Of a stretch of DNA of 64,000 nt, positions 47,383 to 58,285 are shown piece by piece (position 1 is the first letter of the stretch; each line of letters opens with the position of its first letter). The translations under genes were made by a program, and so were the position numbers. The notes under the pieces were generated by a model. It was not told the origin of the DNA. It did no database searches and was given only the letters and a program-made list of their open reading frames with translations. Source of the stretch: Candidatus Sumerlaeales bacterium (lineage in GTDB: Bacteria; Sumerlaeota; Sumerlaeia; Sumerlaeales; Sumerlaeaceae). Location: contig JBBSQY010000002.1 in NCBI GenBank assembly GCA_038243585.1, positions 64,001 to 128,000 on the forward strand, read 5' to 3'.

Positions 47383-47862
47383 TTATCGTTCTGCCATAAA
47401 CGTGAGAAGAGCTTCGGACACCAGCGAATCGCCGACGAACGCTTTCGCAGCAGAGCGACCCACGCCTTTGCGCCGGTACTCCTGGGTGACTTCAATTCGG
47501 AGAACGTCTCCCGGCTGAACCAATTTACGAAAACGAGCCTTGTCCACACCAGCAAGAAAAACGAGTTTATCTTTATTTTCTTCCCATTGATGCACCATGA
47601 CGGCTCCTGTCTGAGCCATGGCCTCAACAATGAGAACCCCCGGCATAACCGGTTTATCGGGGAAGTGCCCCTGGAAAAACCATTCGTTCATGGTAACACA
47701 TTTAATACCGGTGACTTTCGTTTCGGAAGACTCAATGATACGGTCAATCAAAAGAAAAGGATACCGGTGAGGAAGAATCTTAAGAATTTGTTCAATCGAA
47801 AAGACTTCGCCGGTGGTTGTCGGCAAAGAAGCTAAGTTTTCTGTGTTTAGGCTGTCACTCAT
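47383..47862 (-). CDS. fabZ: 3-hydroxyacyl-ACP dehydratase
   Basis: LPHRYPFLLIDR, FFQGHFP, MPGVLIVEAMAQ. Confidence 0.97.
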   Translation of the reverse strand: MSDSLNTENLASLPTTTGEVFSIEQILKILPHRYPFLLIDRIIESSETKVTGIKCVTMNEWFFQGHFPDKPVMPGVLIVEAMAQTGAVMVHQWEENKDKLVFLAGVDKARFRKLVQPGDVLRIEVTQEYRRKGVGRSAAKAFVGDSLVSEALLTFMAER

Positions 47863-48740
47863 AAATCAAGTTCCTTTTGTAGGTGTTTTCCGAAGGCCGC
47901 ATTAACGGCATGGCCGGCCCTCCAGGCTAAAAAATGCCCTTGTAGTGGTGCTCCAAGAAGCGCCATATCGCCAATGAAATCAAGAATTTTGTGGCGCACA
48001 GGCTCATCCGGAAACCTGAGGCTTTCGTTTAAAATGCTCTTCCGCCCTATTACGACAGCGGAAGCTAGGTTAGCACCCTTGATCAAACCGGCCTTCCGCA
48101 TGGCTTCTATTTCTTCAAAAAAGCAAAAGGTCCGCGCGGGAGCTATTTCTTTAAAATAACTTTCCGGTGTTACGACCACAGAGTAGGCCTGATTACGCAG
48201 AGCAGGGTGATCAGAAGTGTAGAAAAAAGACACACGAAATTCGTGGGACGGCACTGCTGAAATTTCCGCACCAGCATGGATAAATGCCAGAGGCTTTTTT
48301 ATGACAATGGGTGGAGCGGGAAGTTCAGTGGCGATAGTGCCTGCGCTTTTAATCATTGCTGCGTATTGCAGGCTGCTTCCATCAAGAAAGGGTGGTTCGG
48401 CGGCGTCGAGGCGTACATCTACATCATCGACTTGCAGGGCTGCCAAAGCACTTAAGACGTGCTCAATAGTGTAAACTACCGCATCGCCAGCTCGAAGAGT
48501 AGTGCGGCGGTCCAACTCTTTATCGACGAGGGTATTATAGCTTGCCCGGATGACAGGTTGAGTTGGAAGATCTATACGAACAAAACGTATGCCGGAACCA
48601 GGAGGGGCAGGGGACAGGGTTATATTAGATACGATACCGGAATGAACTCCGCGACCAGATATGCTCGCTTCGGAGGCCAAGGTGTTTCTGGTTCTGGGAA
48701 CAGGAGAAGCCATTAAAGGTTCAACGATGGCCGATTCCAC
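47859..48740 (-). CDS. lpxC: UDP-3-O-acyl-GlcNAc deacetylase
   Basis: GRGVHSG, TIEHVLSAL, EIAPARTF, EPVRHKILDFIGD. Confidence 0.96.
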   Translation of the reverse strand: MESAIVEPLMASPVPRTRNTLASEASISGRGVHSGIVSNITLSPAPPGSGIRFVRIDLPTQPVIRASYNTLVDKELDRRTTLRAGDAVVYTIEHVLSALAALQVDDVDVRLDAAEPPFLDGSSLQYAAMIKSAGTIATELPAPPIVIKKPLAFIHAGAEISAVPSHEFRVSFFYTSDHPALRNQAYSVVVTPESYFKEIAPARTFCFFEEIEAMRKAGLIKGANLASAVVIGRKSILNESLRFPDEPVRHKILDFIGDMALLGAPLQGHFLAWRAGHAVNAAFGKHLQKELDL

Positions 48741-48745
48741 AATAG

Positions 48746-49495
48746 TTAGTCCTGTTGACGGTCAACGGGCCGCTTGGCCATGGGGATTTTTGCGTTGCCG
48801 GACGTGGATTTACCGGAATCGCTGCCGGTTGGCGCATCACTCTTAGCCGAAGGGCTGGATCCCGATTTAACCTTGGATTCCGTCTCTCTGGATGAGCCGG
48901 TGGACTCTTCGTCGTCATCGTTTTCAGAACTGGACGAATCGGTGGACGAAGAGGACGTTTTAGATTTTGATGCCGTACCGGACATGTACGTCTGACTATT
49001 AAGCATTTTAATAACATCATTAGTAATATCAGAGCTATCGGTGCCATAAATTACGGCTTCGCCGCGGACTACAAGGTCGATTTTTTTCTCTCGAGCTACA
49101 TCCTGAATAGCCAGAACGATTGTTTTGATCATTGGCTCAAAAAGCGTGGTGTCCAGTTTTTGAAGTTCGCGACGACCTTCGTACTCCAGATCAACCAGCT
49201 TTTTATCAAGCCCGGCCGCTTCGTCCCGCTTCTTTTTTAACTCAGAGTCTGCAAGGACTCCTTCGCCTTTTTTGATCTCGCTACGGATTTCCACCAGGCG
49301 GGCTCGCTTGGATTCTATCTCTTTTTGAATGTCTTCAACTCGCCCTTTGACGCTTCCCATGGCGGTGTTGATCTTTTCAGACTTCTCGGTTACACGGTCT
49401 ATGTCGACATACGCAACGCTGGTTGTTTGCGCGACGGCGCCTGCGCAGAGTGCCCATGCGAAGGCCGCTGTTGTACAAGTAAGTTTCAGATTCAT
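48746..49495 (-). CDS. OmpH/Skp periplasmic chaperone with Ser-rich tail
   Basis: VAYVDIDRV, coiled coil, DITNDVIKML; downstream of bamA. Confidence 0.88.
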   Translation of the reverse strand: MNLKLTCTTAAFAWALCAGAVAQTTSVAYVDIDRVTEKSEKINTAMGSVKGRVEDIQKEIESKRARLVEIRSEIKKGEGVLADSELKKKRDEAAGLDKKLVDLEYEGRRELQKLDTTLFEPMIKTIVLAIQDVAREKKIDLVVRGEAVIYGTDSSDITNDVIKMLNSQTYMSGTASKSKTSSSSTDSSSSENDDDEESTGSSRETESKVKSGSSPSAKSDAPTGSDSGKSTSGNAKIPMAKRPVDRQQD

Positions 49496-49546
49496 CTATT
49501 TTTACCCCTACCGTTCAGGAAATGCGAGTGACTGGCTCTACCGTTA

Positions 49547-52213
49547 TTAGAAGGCAGAAGTCATGTTGAAGTGGAGAATCTGGCGCTGATCTTCGTCCTG
49601 GCTTATGACAGGAATACCAACGTCCAGGCTGACCGAAGCGACTGGAAGCCTTACCCGAACGCCAGCACCTACCGATGCGCGTGGCGTTTCAAATTCCAGG
49701 GGATCATGGCCCAGCATGCCCATATCGGCAAAGAGAACACCTGCTAAATTTTCCGTAAAGCGATGGCGCAGCTCAAACTGAGTAATCAACTTGGTGGCGC
49801 CGCCAAGAGGTACACTACTATTTCGTCTGTCGTGAGGTCCGGCCCCGCTGACCCTGAAGCCCCGCAGATCGCCGCTGCCGCCCATAAACAGACGGTCGGC
49901 GTAGCCTATATCCTCGACATCCATAGGGATCAAGCCGACGAGCGTGTTGTTCGCCAGCACCCAGTCGTCAGTGACATTAAAGTAGGTGGCGTACTGTCCC
50001 TCCAGCTTCACGAGAAAGCTGTCAGCGACACCGGTTTCCGCGCTAACTGTGGCAACATGGCCCTCTGTGGGAAAGAACAGATCATCGCGGGTATCATGAT
50101 TAATGCGGTAACGAACTGTAGCCGCCAGATAATCGTCGATGTTGGTTTCCGGTTTTTTCTTATTGTCGAAATCGTATCCGATGGATTCGACGCGCAGGCG
50201 AATGCTATCCTTCATCACATCGGAAACTGGCCGTGTAAATTCGGTCGTAAGTCCGGTGTTACTTTGCTCAAAGTTTCCAGTGCGGCGAAAGGTCCTGTGA
50301 AACGCTGTGAACTGGGCGGATATATCACTGGCCATGAAATAACGATCCAGATAAGAAATCTCGCCACTGGTAGCGCGGGTGCCCATGAGAAGCGAAACGC
50401 GAAGGTCGCGGGCCATTCCCAAAAGATTATGTTCTATATAGTTAGCGTACACAAAGGCACCTTCTACATCACCAAAACCGGCGCCGAAGATCAAACTCCC
50501 GGTATTTCCCTGCTCCACCTGCACAACCATATCACGGACGTTGGTCTCAGCGGTCAGTTGTTCATGGACCTTTACTGTTTCAAATACATTGAGAGACTGA
50601 AGTCGCTCTTTGGTTCGGACCTCGTCAAACCTGCGGTAGACTTGGCCAGGGCGCATCTGCACTTCCCGGCGAACTACCTCATCTTTAACGGGAGGGGAGA
50701 AGCGGGAGTAATACCGACGAAGCCAGCCCATATCCGCATCTTCGGGGTAGGACTCGCTTACGACACGAACGTCACCCACATAGACTCGCGGACCTTCAGC
50801 AATTTTAACGTCAACATCAACCAGTCCCGTGGAGGGATCCTTATGAAATTCGGATGACGCAGTAGAAGTAATAAAGCCTTCGTCGCCATACATATTTTGA
50901 ACGCTTTTCGAACGCTTTTCAAACTCCGCCTGATCATATACCTGGCCCTGCATGGTGCGGTACGGTTCGAGAATCTCATCCCGGGTAAAGAGGGTATAGC
51001 CAGATGCTTCAAGGCGACCTACTCTATATTGTCGTCCTTCGTTTACAATAATGACAGGATCTACCCAGCTTCGGTCTTCTGCGTAAACAAAATCTCCGCG
51101 ACGAACATCTACATCAAGAAAGCCTTTGTTTAAATAAGCGGCGCGAATGACGTTCATATCCTGCTCAAAACGAGACTCATTGTAGTAGCGTTTGAACGGT
51201 CCCCAGCTTCCTCGGTTTTCGGTTTTCAACTTCAGAAGCAGGTCATTCATGCTGTTAGCGCCGACGATCTGAAGATTACGGATGCGAGTTTTAGTTCCCT
51301 CATCTACCGTAATATTTAGCTCCACGTTCTGGTTGAAATCGGGCCGCTCTTCAATTGTCACTGCAGCGTCAGGAAACCCACGTTCCTCGTAGAGGCGCAA
51401 AATGTTCTCTCGAATCTTATTTTGAGCCTGAACCGTGTAAGTTTCTCCCGCTTTTACCGGCAGATCGCTTATGATTTTGGTGGTTGGAACCTTTAGATTG
51501 CCATTCACGTTGACCGCGCTAACCTTTGGATTCGGCTGCACAACGTACCTAACTATAACGCCGCCGTCTGAAGTGTCCTGCGCTTCCACAAGAATATTGG
51601 GTTGAAATATTCCAAGGTCGTAAAGCTTGTTAATGTCCTTGCGCTGCTTATCCGGGTCGAGTGGTTCCCCTTCCCGGGTAGTCAGCAATCTGCGGGCGCG
51701 ATCAGCATCTTCGGTTGACGCACCGGTTATCTCTACTCCACGAACGATAGGAGCATCTGGAACAGAAACAGGCCGGTTATCCGGCTGGTAGGCTTCAGGT
51801 CCGGCCGCTGACCTTGCTTTTTCGGCCGCCTCTCGCTCAATCCGGGCATCGTCCTCTGGCGTGCGATCACGAGCATCCACGTTGTCGTGGGTCTGAGCGC
51901 GGGGTTGAGCATCGGCCGCATCAGTAGGCATAGTGTGGCTGAGGGGACCGCCGCCGCTGGAAAACGCTGCCTGGCTCCAGGCATCCGACGTCGAGACCAT
52001 GGCGAAAACGGCTATGCACAGAGAACAAATACCCGTCTTTAAAGGGTGCTGACCCAGAAGCGCCAACCTTGAAAAGGTCGCGATGGGCTTATCAATGTAC
52101 TTATACGGCTGGCAGCTAAACAGGGTAAGTCCTCGGGCTTGTAAACTTCTGAACGTCGTTATCCAGGAAAAGTGGCTTCTGATTATGTTCCCGTCGAGGA
52201 CGTTGCAAGGCAA
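49547..52213 (-). CDS. bamA: Outer-membrane protein assembly factor BamA/Omp85 (true start probably downstream of 52213)
   Basis: POTRA repeats, NLLG, FPTEG, FMGGSGDLRGF, terminal Phe. Confidence 0.88.
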   Translation of the reverse strand: MPCNVLDGNIIRSHFSWITTFRSLQARGLTLFSCQPYKYIDKPIATFSRLALLGQHPLKTGICSLCIAVFAMVSTSDAWSQAAFSSGGGPLSHTMPTDAADAQPRAQTHDNVDARDRTPEDDARIEREAAEKARSAAGPEAYQPDNRPVSVPDAPIVRGVEITGASTEDADRARRLLTTREGEPLDPDKQRKDINKLYDLGIFQPNILVEAQDTSDGGVIVRYVVQPNPKVSAVNVNGNLKVPTTKIISDLPVKAGETYTVQAQNKIRENILRLYEERGFPDAAVTIEERPDFNQNVELNITVDEGTKTRIRNLQIVGANSMNDLLLKLKTENRGSWGPFKRYYNESRFEQDMNVIRAAYLNKGFLDVDVRRGDFVYAEDRSWVDPVIIVNEGRQYRVGRLEASGYTLFTRDEILEPYRTMQGQVYDQAEFEKRSKSVQNMYGDEGFITSTASSEFHKDPSTGLVDVDVKIAEGPRVYVGDVRVVSESYPEDADMGWLRRYYSRFSPPVKDEVVRREVQMRPGQVYRRFDEVRTKERLQSLNVFETVKVHEQLTAETNVRDMVVQVEQGNTGSLIFGAGFGDVEGAFVYANYIEHNLLGMARDLRVSLLMGTRATSGEISYLDRYFMASDISAQFTAFHRTFRRTGNFEQSNTGLTTEFTRPVSDVMKDSIRLRVESIGYDFDNKKKPETNIDDYLAATVRYRINHDTRDDLFFPTEGHVATVSAETGVADSFLVKLEGQYATYFNVTDDWVLANNTLVGLIPMDVEDIGYADRLFMGGSGDLRGFRVSGAGPHDRRNSSVPLGGATKLITQFELRHRFTENLAGVLFADMGMLGHDPLEFETPRASVGAGVRVRLPVASVSLDVGIPVISQDEDQRQILHFNMTSAF

Positions 52214-52285
52214 AAACGTGGGCTAGTTAATAATTTTAGACGTACGCTTAGCTTATAAAATCTCGACTCGGCGAGCAATGTTCTC

Positions 52286-52321
52286 AAAAAAAAAATCCCC
52301 AGCCTGTAACGGCCGGGGATT
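52286..52321 (-). terminator. Intrinsic terminator after the PpiD-like gene
   Basis: TCCCCGGCC-GTTACA-GGCTGGGGA followed by a long T run. Confidence 0.8.
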
Positions 52322-52331
52322 AAGATGAAAT

Positions 52332-54356
52332 TTACAGGTAATCTTCGTTGATATCAATTCGATTTTCGAGCTTTTTGCGCTGGTCCCGCATATACTCCAG
52401 CACGATGATCTCACGCTTGCGTTCTTCCAGGCGTTGGCTAATGCCCCCAAGACCTTTGGCGAAATCAGTCTTTGAAGGTTCCACAATTTTTGCAAGATGC
52501 CAGACGACGAAAGACTGCTGCTGGCCGGGGCGTCCCACTTCAGACATCTGAATGGACCCTTCTTTAATTCCAGCGGTAGCGTTGCCAAAATCCTGAACAG
52601 GTCCGCCAAATATACTTCCTACTTCAGGTCGCGCGAATGGCCTGCTGCGTGTGTAGGTGGTGCCTGCATCCGTTAAGGCTTTTTCAAAGGACGCAATATC
52701 TGTAGATTTCTTTAGAAGTTCTTCCGCCTTCGCCTTGGCCGCTTCTTCCGCCAACTGCAGCTTGTAGGCCTGCTCGACGCGTCCGCGTATTGTTTGTAAA
52801 TCCGGCGTGTGAGCGGGATACTCCTGCTTGATTTGAATGACCAAATGGCGCTGAGCATCCGACAGTACGTCGCTGCGGCCACCGGCTGTCAAATCCTGAA
52901 CTGCGTCCTCAAGATCGCCTAGAAGTCCGATCCCAGGAACGAATTTGCTGTCTGTGTTCACTTTCTGAGATACGGCAACGGTTGCGGATGTTTCCTGCGC
53001 AAGCTGGTCGAGGCTGGTAACGCGTTTGGCGGCGGCTTCCATCGATTCGCCGGCATTGGCGAAAACGGGTTCGACTTTCTGTTCGCGTATGCGATTCTCT
53101 ACCAGCGGACGAACTTGGTCCAAAGCTTGAATCTCGCCGTCTATCACATTCTTCACCTGCACAATGGCAAAGCCATTTGCGGTTCTAATAGGCTTTGTAA
53201 GGCCTCCCGGCTGCATTGAGAATACTGCGGAAGTCCATTGTTCATTATACCAGGTATTAGTCACGTCTTCGCTTAAGAGACCCAGATAGCCGCCCGCTGT
53301 AGTTTTTTTGTCCGTGGCGGTAGTCGTCTCGTCGTCAGCTCGTGGCGGAAAGTTCTCTTCTTCACTGAACGTATCGGCAAGGCTTGCAAAGTTTTCGCCT
53401 TTGGCCGCCCGTTCATATAAGTCTGTCGCTTTTGCGCTTACTGCTTCGGTAATAGAGGTTAGTGCTTCTGCGCTCGTAGTGTTTAATTCTTCCGGGGTCG
53501 GAAGCTTGAGGAAAATCTGGCTCGCTTCCACCTTGCGTGGGAGCCGGAAGTCTTCTTTATTAGCGGCATAAAAACTAGTTACATCGTCTTCAGATACTGT
53601 GATGCTACTTTTCAGGTCGTCTTTGCGCAACAGGACGTATTCGTATTCAAGCTGATTTGGGACGCGAAACTTTTCGGAGTTTTTCTCGAAGTAAGCGGTC
53701 AGGCCCTCATCAGTCACGGTTACGGATGACATGAGATCGTTCGGGCTAAACCGAATGTAATCGGCAACAAGGCTTTCATTGGATTTCAAATAGTCCTGCC
53801 ACGCCTCATAATGGGTAATCCGGACGGTAGCGCCAAGGCTTTCCGCCGCCTTTTGAAGCACGCGGCCTTTGCGTTCTTCTTCCAGAACAGATTCCACCGA
53901 ACGCCCCTGCTGGCGCCACTGATCAACGAGCTGCCTGCGCTGGTCGGCGGTGGTCATCTGCTGAAAAAAGCCCTGAACTTCTTCCATGCTGACTGTGAGG
54001 TTATTAACTTCCGCGTAATGTCTTAAAATATCCAGATTAACGGCCTGATCCATGATCGTACGGTTATCCGCAAGCTGGCTGGTTGCGAGAGAATCAAGAA
54101 CTGTTCCCTGTTCCTGCGAATAGCGGTTTAAACGGTTTTCCAGGTAGTTTTTGGCGAAGCGCAGCTCACTGCTCCCAATGGCCCCAGCAGCTCCCTCCGG
54201 GTAATCGATTTCGGCTACAGGACCAGTGTTACGAACGGTCTGACTACCACTCGACCCAAACCCGTAAAATGCAACCATCGCTGGAATGATTAATACCAGC
54301 AAGCCAATCCAAAGGATGCGCTTCATTTTTTCCGCAGAACGTAGCTGTCTCAGCAT
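52332..54356 (-). CDS. PpiD/SurA-like periplasmic chaperone (parvulin PPIase)
   Basis: N-terminal anchor MLRQLR, FASLADTFSEE, GGYLG, PIRTANGFAIVQV. Confidence 0.85.
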   Translation of the reverse strand: MLRQLRSAEKMKRILWIGLLVLIIPAMVAFYGFGSSGSQTVRNTGPVAEIDYPEGAAGAIGSSELRFAKNYLENRLNRYSQEQGTVLDSLATSQLADNRTIMDQAVNLDILRHYAEVNNLTVSMEEVQGFFQQMTTADQRRQLVDQWRQQGRSVESVLEEERKGRVLQKAAESLGATVRITHYEAWQDYLKSNESLVADYIRFSPNDLMSSVTVTDEGLTAYFEKNSEKFRVPNQLEYEYVLLRKDDLKSSITVSEDDVTSFYAANKEDFRLPRKVEASQIFLKLPTPEELNTTSAEALTSITEAVSAKATDLYERAAKGENFASLADTFSEEENFPPRADDETTTATDKKTTAGGYLGLLSEDVTNTWYNEQWTSAVFSMQPGGLTKPIRTANGFAIVQVKNVIDGEIQALDQVRPLVENRIREQKVEPVFANAGESMEAAAKRVTSLDQLAQETSATVAVSQKVNTDSKFVPGIGLLGDLEDAVQDLTAGGRSDVLSDAQRHLVIQIKQEYPAHTPDLQTIRGRVEQAYKLQLAEEAAKAKAEELLKKSTDIASFEKALTDAGTTYTRSRPFARPEVGSIFGGPVQDFGNATAGIKEGSIQMSEVGRPGQQQSFVVWHLAKIVEPSKTDFAKGLGGISQRLEERKREIIVLEYMRDQRKKLENRIDINEDYL

Positions 54357-54557
54357 ATCGGTTTAGATATCTCCATTAGCAGGGTGTAATTATTTGTTAA
54401 GACTTTAATAAGTTCTTAGTGTTCGAGCAGACGCAACCCGGCACGTTTTTACATTTATAAGCCGAAGGATAGTCGGAGGCCCTTCAAATTCATGTCAACA
54501 TAGAAAGTGTATTACTTCACATTGAGCCGTACTCGCCGACACCGGGGGGAATGACTA

Positions 54558-55643
54558 TTAAATAATTCCACCGCGATCGCCGGTTGATGCAATGCCTGCG
54601 ATAAACCGCTTATACGCATAGAAATCCTCGCAGTGAAGCGCACCTTCATCAAAGGTAATCTTATTTGCGCGCACCAGATCGGCCAACGCCTGATCAAAAG
54701 TTTGCATACCGTCATCGCGTCCCTTGATAACACCAAAAATATCCGGAACGCGATCTTCCGAAATGAGTTTGGCAATGGTCGCATTTACCACCATGATTTC
54801 CTGCACCGCCACACGTCCCGAGCCTGACGCCCGCTTAACGAGGCGCTGAGTAATGGATGCGCGAAGGTTTAGGGAAAGCTGTTCGCTGAGAAGAGCATGT
54901 TCGCTCCTGTCAAAGTAGCCGAATATGCGCTGAACTGTATGTACGGCGCTGGTGGTATGAAGCGTCGACAGTACAAGATGGCCGGTTTCCGAAGCTTTGA
55001 TGGCCACACGTATTGTTTCAGCATCGCGCATTTCGCCGACCAGGATAATATCAGGATCCATACGCATCGCCTGACGCAAGGCAGAGTTAAAATCCGGAAC
55101 GTCTTTGCCCACTTCACGCTGGCTGATGATGGCTTTTTTGTTCGTATAAACATATTCCACTGGGTCTTCAATGGTGATAATGCGTACGGATTCTGTTGTG
55201 TTGATGTAATCGATCATCGCCGCCAGAGTAGTGGATTTACCTGAACCGGTCATGCCAGTCAGAAGAATCATACCGCGGCTGTTTCCAGCGATCGTGCGCA
55301 CGACTTCCGGCAGTTCCAAATCTTCAATGGTGGGGATTTCCAATGGAATGAGGCGCATGACGAGACCTCGGTTTCCCATCTCGTAGAAAGCGACAACGCG
55401 CACGCGGATATCCTTACCGACCTGGTAACCAAAATCGGCGCCTCGCTGACTTTCGTATTCCCTATGCAGATGCGTAGGCATCATCTTCTTCAGCATCACC
55501 GTGATATCTTCCGGTGAAACAGCGGGCAGATCAACTTTTTTCATGTCGCCGGCGATTCGGAAATATGGCGACTGACCCTCGATCAGATGGACGTCAGACG
55601 CTTTTACCTTCTTTGCGCCCAAGAGCATGGAATCAATATTCAT
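54558..55643 (-). CDS. pilT: Type IV pilus retraction ATPase (PilT/PilU family)
   Basis: TGMTGSGKSTTLA, TIEDPVE, DPDIILVGEMRD, ETGHLVLSTLHT, GMQTFDQAL. Confidence 0.9.
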   Translation of the reverse strand: MNIDSMLLGAKKVKASDVHLIEGQSPYFRIAGDMKKVDLPAVSPEDITVMLKKMMPTHLHREYESQRGADFGYQVGKDIRVRVVAFYEMGNRGLVMRLIPLEIPTIEDLELPEVVRTIAGNSRGMILLTGMTGSGKSTTLAAMIDYINTTESVRIITIEDPVEYVYTNKKAIISQREVGKDVPDFNSALRQAMRMDPDIILVGEMRDAETIRVAIKASETGHLVLSTLHTTSAVHTVQRIFGYFDRSEHALLSEQLSLNLRASITQRLVKRASGSGRVAVQEIMVVNATIAKLISEDRVPDIFGVIKGRDDGMQTFDQALADLVRANKITFDEGALHCEDFYAYKRFIAGIASTGDRGGII

Positions 55644-55874
55644 TCAAAAACCTTCGTTTAGATCGGCTCGGAGCCGCGGAATGGCGGTGACAAAGAAGAA
55701 AGATGGTAATCCGTCGATCTTCGGCTGAAATGGTTACACTCGTGCAGGCTTCGGAATTTACAGAAGTAATAACTGGTTCCCAGCCGTTTGTTGATTTTAC
55801 AGGAAAACTGTTGATTTCCGTCAGAAGAATTTTGATTAGTCTATTAGTCACATTGCTATTGAGGAAAACTATCG

Positions 55875-57104
55875 ATGCCTTATTTTACATATGTTGCGCG
55901 TAATCCTAACGGAAAGCTTGTTACTGGGCGTACAGAAGCTCCCACACAGGCGATGGTAGTCAAGATACTGAAAGATCAGGGTCTTACGCCTACGTCCATT
56001 GACACGGGTACGGCAGCAGCGGCACGGGGACGCTCGAAAGTTAGAAAACAGAAACTGAAGCGTGGTAAAGCCAAGATAGAAGATCTTGTTCTTATCTCGC
56101 GTCAGCTTGCTACTATGATTCGCGCCGGTTTGCCTCTAATTGAAGTGTTGAACATCCTGGGCGAGCAGGTGGAAAGACTTTCTCTGAAAAACGTTTTGCG
56201 TCAGGTGGAAAAGGACGTTCAGGGCGGCAGTTCTTTTTACGAAGCGCTAGCGCGCCACCCCCGCGTATTTAATCAGTTCTTTCTCAGCATGGTCAAAGCG
56301 GGCGAGGCCAGCGGTATGCTGGATACAATCCTGGATCAGGTGGCAACCTATCTGGAAAAATCTGCAAGTATCCGCCGTAAGGTGAAAGCGGCGACCATGT
56401 ATCCAGCCGTTGTGACTATTGTGGCGGGACTTATCATGATTCTGATCATGTGGAAGATCGTGCCAGTCTTTGAAGACATCTTCAAAGATCTCGGAGAAGA
56501 GTTGCCTCTCCTCACCAAAATGGTAGTCGCTATAAGCCGTTTTATACGTGAGCGGTGGTATATCGCACTGGCGGGAACTGTCGGGTTGTACACCTTGATA
56601 GTTCAATGGGGACGAACCAAAACGGGTCGCAGGCATATCGACACTTGGAAAATTCGCATGCCGGTTTTCGGACCGCTGCTTTTAAAGGTAGCCATTGCGA
56701 AGTTTACCCGGTCGCTTGGGACACTGATGCGCGCCGGCGTCAACATCCGTGGCGCGCTTGAAATTGTTGCCAAAACGGCAGGCAATGTTATTATTGAAGA
56801 AGCCATCATGAGCACGAAGCTAAGCATTCAGGGCGGCGAGAGCATAACGAAACCGCTCGTGGAAAGCGGCGTGTTTCCCCCCATGGTGACCCGAATGATA
56901 GAAGTCGGCGAAAAAACCGGCGCTTTGGAAAATATGCTGCATAAAGTAGCCGAATACTACGAAGATCAGGTAGACACCGCCGTGGCTGGTTTGACTTCGT
57001 TAATTGAACCGCTTCTCATTGTCGGACTGGGCATTGCCATCGGCACAATTGTAATAGCCATGTTTCTGCCGCTTATCAAGATGATCGAATCCGTGTCCGG
57101 CTAA
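55875..57104 (+). CDS. pilC: Type IV pilus / T2SS platform protein (PilC/GspF)
   Basis: RQLATMIRAGLPL, AGEASGML, VGEKTGAL, SLIEPLLIV. Confidence 0.92.
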   Translation: MPYFTYVARNPNGKLVTGRTEAPTQAMVVKILKDQGLTPTSIDTGTAAAARGRSKVRKQKLKRGKAKIEDLVLISRQLATMIRAGLPLIEVLNILGEQVERLSLKNVLRQVEKDVQGGSSFYEALARHPRVFNQFFLSMVKAGEASGMLDTILDQVATYLEKSASIRRKVKAATMYPAVVTIVAGLIMILIMWKIVPVFEDIFKDLGEELPLLTKMVVAISRFIRERWYIALAGTVGLYTLIVQWGRTKTGRRHIDTWKIRMPVFGPLLLKVAIAKFTRSLGTLMRAGVNIRGALEIVAKTAGNVIIEEAIMSTKLSIQGGESITKPLVESGVFPPMVTRMIEVGEKTGALENMLHKVAEYYEDQVDTAVAGLTSLIEPLLIVGLGIAIGTIVIAMFLPLIKMIESVSG

Positions 57105-57203
57105 AAACTACTTGAAGGCAGAAAATTGCCTCTCGCAGGTATAAGTTTTTCCGCTGATCGCACCACCAGCAATTAATTAATCAGGCATACAGGTTCATTA
57201 CTC

Positions 57204-58265
57204 ATGATAGATCCGGTAGTTGAAAGACAGTACTCAGATACAAAAGAGCTAATGTCGCATTGGAACACATTTCACCAATTTTTTAATCTTGGTGTTAAAG
57301 GCGAAAACATTACGCCGGAGAAAGAAAACCAATTTCTGGATCTAAAAAGCCGGATAGCGATGCTCCACGATAGTTTTATGGATGCGCTGACCAGCAACCA
57401 GAATGTGGGTCAGGATGTGCTTAGCGTTATCACCCGAGCCATTACCCTGAAAGGGGTTAACCGGTTAAGCACGGCTGACACGAAAAAGCTGGAAACTGAG
57501 TGGCATGATGTGTACCTGCTTCTTAATGACACTATCGCTGTTCTTGAGCAGAAACGCCAAGACCTGGATGCCATTAACGAAAGCCAGTTCCGGGCAAAAC
57601 GGGCGGCAGGATTAGCAAACCAAAAGGTTAGAAAATTCTTAGGCAGCTTCTATTTCAAGTTGTCCGCAATTATCGTAGCCCTGCTTTTCGTCACTATCGG
57701 CATTCAAACCCTTGGGTTTTATGACTACGATAATATCGGACAGATGTCTGGTCTTACGACACCATACAATTGGGGCAAGGCTGCTGTGCGAATTGTAAAG
57801 CCCGACAGCCCATGGCCCTCAATTCAGTCAATGTATCGTAAACCTCATAGCGGATGGCCCGCTGGACTTTCCGAACCGGAAGTAGATACCGATCTGGATA
57901 AAGATGGCGCCGCCCGAAAGTTGGCTCAACTTACAGCTCCCGCCGGTATTGGTCAGCAGTTCGGCACCATCCTCCAAAGCGCTTTGGAATTTAAGTATGA
58001 AGAGTCCACAAAGCAACATGGCGACGGGGTAGAAATCTATACGTTCCGCTTCGCGAACGCCGATCAATCAAGAGAATTGGATAAGCTGTGGAAGGACACA
58101 CGGAAAGGCTATGCCAACCGTCCGCAGAATAACCGGACACCAACTCCGCCCGTCATTGACAGACTTGAGATGGCGCCAAGCGTAAACATTGTGACCATCG
58201 TATACTCTCAGAATCCTGAGACTGCGGTGAAAATGATGGAAGATGTCTTTGGAAGGCCGCACTGA
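57204..58265 (+). CDS. Hypothetical single-pass membrane protein
   Basis: 353-aa ORF; helical N-terminal domain and one TM segment. Confidence 0.75.
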   Translation: MIDPVVERQYSDTKELMSHWNTFHQFFNLGVKGENITPEKENQFLDLKSRIAMLHDSFMDALTSNQNVGQDVLSVITRAITLKGVNRLSTADTKKLETEWHDVYLLLNDTIAVLEQKRQDLDAINESQFRAKRAAGLANQKVRKFLGSFYFKLSAIIVALLFVTIGIQTLGFYDYDNIGQMSGLTTPYNWGKAAVRIVKPDSPWPSIQSMYRKPHSGWPAGLSEPEVDTDLDKDGAARKLAQLTAPAGIGQQFGTILQSALEFKYEESTKQHGDGVEIYTFRFANADQSRELDKLWKDTRKGYANRPQNNRTPTPPVIDRLEMAPSVNIVTIVYSQNPETAVKMMEDVFGRPH

Positions 58266-58285
58266 TCCGGCGAAGGTAAGCTATC

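Noticed and set aside
49763..50857. 364-aa plus-strand ORF
   Set aside because: Antisense to bamA with no recognisable motifs.
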